A stretch of 63,997 bases of DNA, counting the filler, from Lenisia limosa (lineage: Eukaryota > Protista > Breviatea): assembly GCA_001655205.1 (NCBI GenBank). It is 10 parts of 10 records of this genome, joined end to end, with 100 filler letters (N's around TTAATTAATTAA, not from the genome) between each part and the next. Parts side by side here need not be neighbours in the genome. Positions count along the whole stretch, not along the records: positions 1 to 10,537 come from LPNZ01010001.1; positions 10,638 to 21,381 come from LPNZ01010813.1; 8 more parts are not named here. One strand, given 5' to 3'. This document shows positions 1-10,718 of this stretch, piece after piece. The stretch's first letter is position 1. Each line of letters starts with the position of its first letter. The position numbers and the translations under genes were made by a program. Below the pieces are notes generated by a model, which saw only the letters and a program-made list of their open reading frames with translations, was not told the origin of the DNA and searched no databases.

Positions 1-13
1 CCCCCCCCCCCAG

Positions 14-3000
14 CTCAACGCCAAAAAGCCGTCCCCTCAGAAGGAAATGGAGGAACTTATTAACACCTGGAGGGAACAGCTTGGTACCTACTGGTTGGAG
101 GTGCTATTTAATTCCACTTAGACAGCCTCTCACATTTATGATAGTTTATTGCAGCACCCATTTAAATCATCTTCTACCCGCCACTCCGTCACTCTTTAGC
201 CTGAAAACTTCGGACTCGTATGAAGTGCCGGAAGGACAGCAGGTGACCACCCGAAGGAAACGCCGTGAATTGGTGGCTGTCGTGGCTGCGGTCCAGGGCA
301 TGCGAGTGGGGGGAGGGGGNNNNNNNNNNNNNNNNNNNNNNNNNNNNNNNNNNNNNNNNNNNNNNNNNNNNNNNNNNNNNNNNNNNNNNNNNNNNNNNNN
401 NNNNNNNNNNNNNNNNNNNNNNNNNNNNNNNNNNNNNNNNNNNTTGTTTCATAAATTTTCCAATTTTACCCCCATAGACCGATTTCAACGCCCGCCTCTC
501 GGTGCTTCTTGACGCCAAGGAACGTGTTCGCACGTTGGTACATGAACGTAATGCGCGCCTGCGTGAAATTGCGCGCGAGCTCAATGAAGACTATACTGAT
601 GTTGAGGTTGGTGATCCCCTTGATAAATGATTTTCTTATTACCTATGATTTTCTTTTTTTAAAAAAAATGNNNNNNNNNNNNNNNNNNNNNNNNNNNNNN
701 NNNNNNNNNNNNNNNNNNNNNNNNNNNNNNNNNNNNNNNNNNNNNNNNNNNNNNNNNNNNNNNNNNNNNNNNNNNNNNNNNNNNNNNNNNNNNNNNNNNN
801 NNNNNNNNNNNNNNNNNNNNNNNNNNCTACACTAAGGTTGACCTTGCGAACCATCTCAAACAGAAAGACTTGGTCAGGAAGGGGGGCAGATGTTGAATAC
901 ATTGTTGGTGAAGTACTTTCCTCTTTCGGTATTTTCCCATTTACTCTGACAACACTTACCATATTAGGAAGAGAAGAAAGCCCGGCAGAATCGACGAGGG
1001 GTTGATGCGATGATGACAGAAATGGATGACAATAATGATGAGGTAGATGAAGAAAGAGTATGGGGGGATGGTGTGATTCGTTATCCATCAATATGAGACA
1101 ATAATACGATGTGAATGATTTATCAATATGGCCAGTTTCCAGTACTGTAAACAGAGCAACCAGCGTCATTTACGTTATCCAGTTCCCACTACAAGAGCAA
1201 GACACTGCATCAGTGCCCACAATGCCCATTGGTATGCATGTTTTTTTCATGTTCATAATAAATTAATACACCATCGATATTCTCTCATTTTACTCTTCCA
1301 GCTCCCCCCACTCTCCCCCCATCCGCATTGGAGCAAAAGGTCAATTTAGCGCACGTGACCCGTCTCAAGTACCAAGCTGCCGTGGGTCCAACTGGGTTTT
1401 GTCCTTGTGCTGTTTGTTTTGGCATTCCCGTTGCATATTTATCCTTCGGTTCCCGTTGCATATTTATCCTTCGGTTCCCGTTGCATATTTATTGGGGTGT
1501 TTATATCATTACATTATTTTTATTATTAATAATAACATTATTCTTTTTTGGTAAATTGTCGTGATGTACGTTGGGTGATGGGATTCAGAAGCAGTCAAGT
1601 TACTTTTGGGATTGTTTTTTATTCCATACATACACATTACCCCCCACCCCAGGCCGACACCACAGCCATTCGAAACGCTATCACGTCCTTTGACGAGGCT
1701 CTGCAACGCCTCCGTACCGACCGGGCTGAGCTTGTTAATTGCCTCTTGGGTGCAGACATCAGAATCGCAACCCTGCATAAGGTACGGGTGATCTGCAAAT
1801 CGTTGAATCTCACTCGAAGTATAGTCTACCTTCCTCCCATCTGTCTCTCTTTTCGCGTCTCTCGGAGCATATATTATACATAATATCCATGCCCATTACT
1901 CGCCCTCTCTTTCGTAGCACATATCCATGTCCATTACCCCGTTTCTTTCAGGAACTCGCGCTTCTCAAGGAGTTTGAGAAGACTGACGAAAAGCTGCAAG
2001 CAACAGTTGAGGCGAAGCTCCATGACCGCGACAACCTTGCAGCTAAAATGAAGGAAATTGGCGATAAGGTTGGTGCATTGACAACTACTCTGATACCACT
2101 CTCGTCTCTGTTGAATATTAATGAACTTTTTTGGGGGTTTACTTCTATACATAGTTCAGGGTTTTTTGTGACTTCGCTCTCACAAAATGAAAAAATGAAG
2201 CACCCCTGACTGGCGTAGTTACTTCAGAAACAGGGTGAAGTGGAGAAGGCCCTTTCTCAGGAGAAGGCCCTCGAGGCTCAGGCGGCTGCTGTGGGAGGGT
2301 TGTGGCTCAGGCGGCTGCTGTGGGGTATTCTATTTAATAAAGTAGTTATCTTTTTACTGTGTTGCCTTGTCTTAATACTTATTTGTTCCCTCGTTTTCCC
2401 CCTTATCATTCTCTATTTCTTGTTTATTGGACTGACCACTAGGTCTGCGGTGAAAACGCCAAGTTCAGCGAGGTGCTCTCTAAGGTCTTCCGCAGACGTG
2501 TCAAGCTGAAGAAAGAAGAGGCGGACGTCAGCTCCGATGACGAGCTAAGTACCTACTTGTCGGATCTCAGCGAGGAGGAGGAGGAGGAGGAGGAGATATG
2601 TCCACAGGGATGCCCTGCTGCCGTCTGGGAAAAGGTTTGGAGGCCTATTGTCTTTGGTTAATTTTTTAAAAAAAACAATTATAATAGAATGAGTTGTTCC
2701 AACACAATTGTAAGTTATGCTGAGCTTAGCACCATCGCCAACCTAACGTCTTAGATTCTCTCTCTCCGAAGCCAGCGCACTCAGTGTGAAGACATTGTTG
2801 CCGATTTGACGCGACATGCTGAAGTGGGTGATACTGGACTTTGGTTAAATGGGCTTGGGGAAGTTAACGAAGCGTCTGTTCAAATCTGTGTAACACTACT
2901 GATGAACAAATGAACGGCTTTTCGCTATTCATGTCACCCCCCCCCCCCCCNNNNNNNNNNNNNNNNNNNNNNNNNNNNNNNNNNNNNNNNNNNNNNNNNN

Positions 3001-4700
3001 NNNNNNNNNNNNNNNNNNNNNNNNNNNNNNNNNGGCAGAAACTCAGCTCAAGGGAGCCGGTGGGTAGCAAGGTGTAATCAGGTTGACAGTTATGAAAGAC
3101 ACTGGAATTAATCCTCAATATCTGACGACATCATAAACACGCCACCGTAATTGCTATAGAAAACGAGACGCGAGTGTTCCAAACGAGCAAGCAACATAGG
3201 CTCAATGAACTCCTTGTTGTTGTGTCAATGAGTCTTAAACAGGTGAACTGGGATGAAGCCTGTCAGATGCCAAGATACAATCTGATTATCATTTGATGGC
3301 TTTCCCCCAAAACCCCCAATTCACTACACCTCTTTGTTTCATGTACCATTGTTTTGTTTTGTTTTGTTTTGTTTTTGTTATTGTTATTTATCAAATTACA
3401 TCTTCTTTTTTTTTCACTTCCTCCCCAGATTTTAGCGCACCAGAACAACAGCCTGCCAGAAGACTTGGGCTCCACCCTAGTGTTCAGCAGTGAGGTCTTC
3501 GACAACCTTGTTAAGAGGACAATGGACCTGAAAGTGGTGCGAGGGGAGTGTTTGGGCAATTCGATTCATTGAGGAAGGGGGCTACCACCAAAGTAGACGT
3601 ACTTTGTGATTTCCCTCATAACAGTCCAGGAAAAAGCAACCCTTCGTCGCAGCAGCCGCGAACGTCATAAGGCCAACCAGGCAAACTTGAAGATCAACAA
3701 AGCCAAACAAGTCAAAATCGCCCAACTTGAAGAGAGAGCTGTTGAGGTTCAGGTATGTGGTGGAGGGGGGGGGGGGNNNNNNNNNNNNNNNNNNNNNNNN
3801 NNNNNNNNNNNNNNNNNNNNNNNNNNNNNNNNNNNNNNNNNNNNNNNTTTACACCACCAGGTGTTGAAATTTGGTCGCGTCGTGGATTTGGAGCAAGTTG
3901 AGCGGCTGACAGGCAACAAGGCGGCAGATGAGCTTAAAACCGCCTTGGCGCTCAAGGAAAATGACAGGTGACCAGGGTTAACTGTATTACAGACTATTGA
4001 AATGCCCCATAATCCACCTTTGAACACTAAATCTTAATACACCTTTGGACACTAAATCTTAATATCTACATCTTAATATCGTTGTGTGAACGTCATTCTC
4101 GGAACACACAAAAGATATCACATTGACCTCCTAGAGCAAAGGAGATCCGCGCACTTGACAACGATTTGAGCGTGGCTAATAAGGTGGGGGCTTCGACTGT
4201 TATTGAAAGAAAGTGTCCCATTACTGGCAAAACAGTCAACTCACGAGTGTAGGGCGTGGAAGAGTTGGTGACGAAGAACACCGAACTTCTTCGAGCACTT
4301 GGAGACTTAACATCGTCTCGGAACACCCTCCACCGCAAATTAGACACTATTCAGGTTGGGGGGGGGGGTGAAGAGGACTGTTACACAAGTCAGATTTCCT
4401 CAAATTCTCTTTTTATATAAGAGGCTTTGATTGCATGTTGATAGTCTGGAATTGACTGAAGCATTGTGGTAACCATGCAGGACACAACCGCACCTCAGTA
4501 CCACGGCAATGACACAACTCCTGACGACAACTCTGATTTGCTCTCTGTCATTTCAACTCAAAAGTCCGAAATCGAAGCTCTGAAGTGGGGAGGGGGGTAT
4601 TCTTCGTATTCTTCTTGGAATATCAACAAGTATTCACATTTTTAGAAATGAAATGGCAGTTTTGTCGTCGAAGCATGGCACTGTATATCCCCCGTCTTAG
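14..4700 (+). CDS. CFAP44: CFAP44/WDR52 cilia- and flagella-associated protein, C-terminal coiled-coil part (multi-exon, 5' truncated)
   Basis: Spliced exons ELALLKEFEK, KVFRRRVKLKK...EEEEEICPQGC, RLNELLVVVSMSLKQ, DLGSTLVFS, KFGRVVDLEQV, EIEALK|NEMAVLSSKHG..PPS* follow the order of the CFAP44 C-terminus as I recall it; TAG stop at 4698-4700. Confidence 0.88.
444..477 (+). mobile_element. Introner-like intron 3' module (CFAP44 intron)
   Basis: TTGTTTCATAAATTTTCCAATTTTACCCCCATAG| nearly identical to the copies at 34717 and 27341. Confidence 0.6.
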
Positions 4701-5103
4701 GCTATTGTAAAATGTATTTGTATCAGGTTTTTACGGCTTTTTACTGATGATAGAACGTAGACAGACTTCATATATTCCTCCCAGGTCCCAGAGCCCTGCC
4801 ACAGAGGTTGGAAATGTTGGTGCTGAATTAGTTCAACAGCTTCAGCAGTCTGAAAATGTGTGAACAAGAAAACAAAAACAAAAAAAGAGTCGTCTAAATT
4901 CATTGAAAATAAAATAAAATTCCATCCAGTAGTTTCCTTTTGTTGTTGTGTTTTTCAGTTTGCTTGTTTTCCAGTTCCAAGCTTGTTCCCAGTGTCCTAG
5001 CTAGACTTAAAAAAATATATTTTATAAATATATACACAAGCAAAAACATAAACGTGAGACTAGTTGATAGGGTATATAGTATATAAGAGATCAAGTTGTA
5101 GCA

Positions 5104-8100
5104 ATGCAAAAGAAGGAGGCACAGCCTCTTACTCGGCCTAATTATGCCGAACCACCTCCTGAATATAGTCTTGATACTATGCCAGGTAAGATGGGAGGAG
5201 AAATTGCCTTGCTGTCGACTTTTTCCAAATTTACTTTTCTAGGTGAATCAACAGGACCGCGCTACAGAGACTTTGTGAGTGGATATGTTGTCATTAATGC
5301 TTGAAATTAACGTATTAACTTCGTTGTCCTGAGTACCTCCCTCCTCAGCCATCCTCTCACCACCCAGCCTTGGGTGATCGCTTTCATTCTGCACTTCATT
5401 GCGGTGGCTGTTGTCGCGTATATTGGATGGAGCCACCCTCCACGGGAAGATAAACATAAGGTAATGTTGTTTCTTTTTTGGGACTTATTTGACAAAAGGA
5501 GCTACATATAATTTATAGTCTTCACCTGAATGTTACAATGTTACAGCTAGATTGTTGCATTATAGTGGTATAAGTTCTCAGATAAAACCTCCTCTCATCA
5601 ACGCAGGAAGAACCTTCATCAGATCATCATGAAGGTGACGAAGAAGGCTTCGAGTAGGGGTCACCAATATCTTGGTTAACTGCATAAAAACGTTATCATG
5701 AAACCATCTAANNNNNNNNNNNNNNNNNNNNNNNNNNNNNNNNNNNNNNNNNNNNNNNNNNNNNNNNNNNNNNNNNNNNNNNNNNNNNNNNNNNNNNNNN
5801 NNNNNNNNNNNNNNNNTAAGAGTGGGCGGGCGATCTTTTGTTCCATACATTTGAGAATGTTTCCTTTTTGTATTTTTTTTCAGCCCCCCCTCGGGAATGT
5901 CACTTTTGATGCAGGTTCTACAAAGCCACCCTCGCTTCATCATCATCTGCGCTATGCTCTTTATGATTGCTATTGCACTGATGATGTTCATTGCATCTGT
6001 ATTCGCTCGTGAGTGGCGAAAATATATTTCAATTGAGCTACCATAAATAATATTTAATCTGTACTTGAGTTCACCCTTCAGAAAACATTATTCTTATTCT
6101 GTTTTCGGCCATCTTTGTCGCTGCTATGGTGTACATGTTTATGATCCGCCGCGCCTTGGTTGATTTCACCGCCACTATCATTTCAACATGCTCATCCGTC
6201 GTACGGTGAGTGGGGGTGGATTAACCCATTACTGGATATTTCCATTACATTCTAGTGACTTCCCCGCAACCATTCTGCTGAGTGTTCTCTCTGTTGTTGT
6301 CACGGTTTGTGAATATCAACAAATGACCAATTATCATAAAACCTAATAAAACCATTATAACAATGGCATGTATTAGATAACTATGATCCAACCATTCACC
6401 TTTCTGAACCTATCATCACTAAGTAATAATGTGGGGGGCAGACCATACACAATTCTTACCTTTACTTGGGGAAAGAATTGTGTATGGTCTGCCCCCCACA
6501 TTATTACTATGTATACAACGTATATTCGGGTATAGTAAGTGTGTCTTGTGCAAAAGCCAGGAATGTTACATTAATCTACTATTTAGGCGATCTGGGCGAT
6601 TTTGTGGGTGTTGATTGTTGTTGGCACCGACCGTCTTGGAGACACGGCGTTCAGTCGCCTCCTGCTGCCATTGTTTTTCTCGTTTTTTTGGACCATTCAA
6701 GGTGTGCCTAGGGTATTTTCGCATTAATTTGGTGTAAGGGGATTCTAATTTCCTTTTTTTAATAGATCAGTATGCTGACAATACAAAACATGACTTACAT
6801 GCGTTTCTTAAATTGATAAACCCTATGTATTGTCCATCTGCCTTCACCTCATCCCACCCGATTAGTCATTCAAATTGCGACGCATAGCACCATTTGCGGT
6901 ACTATGGCCACTTGGTACTTCAGCGCCCAGGACAACGTTCCTCCCAACCCTACTATGGGTTCTCTCAAAAGGTTGGGTAGTCCGCAACAACTTAAAAGTG
7001 TGCTTATTGTGTAAGATTGTACTCTTTCAAACCTTCATTATTCGTTTTTGTCAGGTGCCCGATTATTCTTTTCCTGAATTAATTTGAGTGATTGGTTGTA
7101 TTTTGGTATTTCTTTTGTTCACCTTTACCAGGACTCTGACCACCTCATTTGGCTCTGTCATCTTCGGTGCAGCCATAATTGCGTTGATTCAGACCGCCAA
7201 GGTCGCCATTAGAATGATGGCCAAGTGGGAGGGGGTGCCATTAGAATGATGGCCAAGTGGGAGGGGGTGCCATAATTGAAAAGATATTAAATTATACCAG
7301 CTGCGAGTCTTTTTCAAAATGCTGTCTCTGATATGGGCAGCCGTAACTCACGCAACTTCCTCTCCGCGTGCGCTTACTGTTTACTGGACATTGTTGAGGA
7401 TCTTGCACGACTCTTCAATAAATATGCTTTCACGCAGGTAGGTTTCCGATTTACAGATATCCTGTCTGAACCATTTAAATGATTGCTCCGATAAATTTAC
7501 TTCAGTTTCAATTGATTCATGGGGTTGTAATAATCCCAAAAAGGATACTATTATGTGTACAACAGCAAAGTATCCTGATCATATTACAGGTGGCTGCGTA
7601 CGGAAAGAGCTTCGTCGAGGCTGCTAAGGCAACAAAAGAGATCATCAAGACCTCTGGAATAGGTGAGGCCGGCACTGTTGTTGTATGTGTGATCTGACGG
7701 CTTATACTTGCTCTAAAGTCTCTGTTATCTGGCATCAACTGACATTTCTCTGATTTACTCCCTGTCAGAGGCCATTATGAACGATTGTATCATTGGTTAC
7801 GCCCTTTTCTTCGTGTCTCTCATGTCTGGTATGCCTCGGAGAAATTCTGAAAACTGGCGATAAATAGTATTGTGTTGAGAGCTTCACTTTGGTACCATTA
7901 AAGAATCGATATTTCCAAAGCTGAGACTTTCATTTTGAAGGATATCTTTGTCTGTAATTTATTATCCTTTCTGTGCAGATATGAGCTAAATACTCTGATT
8001 CAGTAATAGCTTTTTGTTGGTTTAAAAACCTTTCAAGCCTTTTTACGTGTTGTTTAGGTCAAGTTTATAATTTCTATCATGTAATACAATACATTTGATA

Positions 8101-8740
8101 TGTTTATTGTAAAACCTCCTTTCTCTGTGACTCACCAATGCAGGTATCCTCTGTGGAATATTTGCTGCTATTGTTGCTGCTTTGTACGATCTTCGTATCG
8201 AAATTATTATCGTTTTGCTTATTGTCGGTATTATCTTCGGGTATGATGGGAAGAACACTGATCAAACTTCAAATGAAAGAATATTGGGGAGATAAAATAA
8301 TCATTGTGGAAAATGAGGAGGTACATAGACAGTAGCGTATCGCTATGTTTAACAAGGATGTTATCTTTTTGAATCATCTTTTAGTGCCATCATCACATCC
8401 ATTATGCTGAGCCCTGTCGATAGCTGTGCTGCCGGCCTTTTCGTTTTTTACGCAGAAGATCCCATGGTTCGTAAAGCGGACACATAACTATAATATATAT
8501 ATATTAGTATAGTATATTTAGCTTTACGACATTGACAGTTAATTGCTTTCTTGCAAAAAATTTTCTGTGTTTTGTTGATTATTTTGTGCATCCCAAATTG
8601 CTTTTACCCACCAGGTTCTTCAAATTCTCAAGCCGGACCTTTATGCCGCCCTAACAACGAACTACCCCGCAATCACCCCAGGCAGGGCAGCGCGCGAACG
8701 CAACATGGCGCGTCAGAACATGGGCCCAGGCTCCCTCTAG
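5104..8740 (+). CDS. Choline transporter-like (CTL/SLC44/PNS1) family membrane protein
   Basis: ATG 5104; exons YRDF|PWVIAFILHF, FGSVIFGAAIIALIQ, FNKYAFTQ|VAAYGKSFVEAAK, SPVDSCAAGLFVFYAEDP, VLQILKPDLYAAL...GSL*; many hydrophobic segments. Confidence 0.85.
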
Positions 8741-9154
8741 ATTTCTATTACAAATAGACTCAAATTCAAAGCAAATCAAATTGGTACAATTGTATTGGAA
8801 GTGGTTCTTGTGTACCGTTGTGAAGCATTTGGTGAGTTGGTGATGCTGAAGTCTCAAAGGATTTGTCATTGCACACAGCATGGGAGCATTGCATCGTTAA
8901 TGGTGATAAATTTGATACATATTCGGTATGAGCACCACCTTGGATAAATAAAAAATTGCAATGCTGTGTCAAATAATTGAAAATTCTGCAGAATTCGGAA
9001 CTAACAAACTGGGTTTGACCTAAAGTGCCGTTGGCTTTCAGTCTTCATCTAAAACCATTGTGCAAATCTTCAATGTCACCCCCATCCGAACACAAAAACT
9101 TCAAATATCTATGAATACAACAAATACAAGCCTACAATACGGAAACAACCTAGA

Positions 9155-10493
9155 TTAATACTGCTTCGCACGCGTTCGCTCCAGACTGTAGCGAATCACC
9201 CAGAGAGGCTTCATTCGGTCGGGATCGAAGAAAAAGACTATGCGGTCAATGCGACGTATGAAGCAGTTGCATTCATAATAAAAAAAAGATGTTCTGGAAA
9301 TATAATAATAGCTCCAGTATAATAGCCAAGACCGACCTTCATCAGGACTTTCTACAGTGTCATAGCCTGACGGTGCAACGGGTCTACCAAGCCATGGGTC
9401 AGGTTTGGTGCTTTCTAAGGACGTTAACCATGGATTGGCTTGTCTCATCTCAAATGAAGGATCAATTAATAATATAATGAAAGTGCTATACTAATTCCCT
9501 CAAACCAGCTGGGTTCGGAGTGGGGATCCCTTGACTCGAAAGCTCCCCCTCAAACACTTTTCCTGTGTATTTTAATAGATTTGAAATTACAAACGAATTT
9601 TCCCAAAATGACCCCCACCTTTATCGACAGCATAGACGATAACAGTTCTCAGATGGCCCTTGGCTTGTTTGCCTCTCAAAGTCTGCAGCGGGTTAGTAAG
9701 TAGTGGAGGAGAGCGCAAGGCACACTAAACGTTCTATCGTAGGTTATAGCCAAAGCGATGAGCAAGCGAACCAGGCTACGAGCTGCTGTTTTATGGGCAA
9801 TGACAGGGTGTTTGGCAAGTCTCACTGAGAGCCCGAAGGGGTGCGATCTCCATTTTCCTAAGAAGTTATGTGGAATGTAGGGTGATACCCTCGTATCACC
9901 TAGGGGAATTACACCCAAAAGACCCCCCTCCCCCGGGCACCCGGAAGCGGAGAGATCGGAAGATCGTCACTGAGGACAATGGGCTTTGACGGAGACGTAG
10001 CGCCTCGCATGTGGCGGTCAAACTCGTCTTGCTGGGGGGTTAGGGGGGCAGGAGGTTCCGTTTATTGTTAATACATAGCATTATCATAGTTGGGCCATTG
10101 TATTTGGGAGCGTTTTGTCTTTCAAGAGCCCTCCTACATCACGACGAGATTGTGCTTTGATTTGGGCAGTTAAGCGGTGACTGCTGGTCCGATCCTACAT
10201 AGGTAGGTACAAGGGCTTGAGCAGGTACAAGTAGGTCCTACAGTCCAAAAAAAATGGTTAAATATCGATAGTTATCGAGGATTTATCGAGAAATTGTCTT
10301 TTTTGGGACCGTAGGGAAACCCCAGATACATGGATTACACATAATGTAGCATTAAGGAACGGTAAGTAATTGCAATACAGAAGGCATGACCACGCTCATC
10401 TTTTTGACTTAAAATAGACATGATACCTCAGCCCACCTTTGAAGAATCAATGTTTAGATGAGGCATACGGCGCTGCGACTTCAGCTCAACAAC
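9155..10493 (-). CDS. Putative PARP-like ADP-ribosyltransferase domain protein (5' end lost at linker)
   Basis: Minus exons HLRTVIVYAVDK(G)KVFEG and PSGYDTVESPDE|VFFFDPDRMKPLWVIRY resemble the PARP catalytic C-terminal pattern GYDSV..E.V.F....P.Y.I.Y; one junction near 9560 needs a homopolymer correction or an AAG acceptor. Confidence 0.45.
10231..10323. mobile_element. MITE (about 95 bp), CCTAC(G/A)GTCC-type ends
   Basis: CCTACAGTCC...GGACCGTAGG inverted ends; core AAATATCGATAGTTATCGAGGATTTATCGAGAAATT. Confidence 0.65.
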
Positions 10494-10537
10494 CTGGTGA
10501 TGGGTATGATGGGTATGACAGGAATGACAGGTATGGC

Positions 10538-10637
10538 NNNNNNNNNNNNNNNNNNNNNNNNNNNNNNNNNNNNNNNNNNNNTTAATTAATTAANNNNNNN
10601 NNNNNNNNNNNNNNNNNNNNNNNNNNNNNNNNNNNNN
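10538..10637. other. Assembly linker N44-TTAATTAATTAA-N44 (also 21382, 26514, 28106, 33733, 42636, 59562, 61035, 62860)
   Basis: Nine identical 100-nt blocks with six-frame stop core; artificial. Confidence 0.95.
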
Positions 10638-10718
10638 TCAAAAAAAAAAAAAAAAATTAAGAGGGGAATGCTGGAGTGGGGATGTATAAACAAAGACAGA
10701 CCCCCCCAACCCCCCAAC

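Noticed and set aside
9540-9625. Possible programmed frameshift in the PARP-like gene
   Set aside because: It falls on an A5 run; a homopolymer error or an AAG acceptor is simpler.
9700-9790. Apparent in-frame TAG read-through (stop-codon reassignment)
   Set aside because: An alternative frame and donor (TYDRTFS|GTGCC) gives an open splice, and TAG ends five conserved genes.
10582-10593. TTAATTAATTAA palindrome recurring nine times
   Set aside because: Always centred in a 100-nt N block; an artificial six-frame-stop linker.
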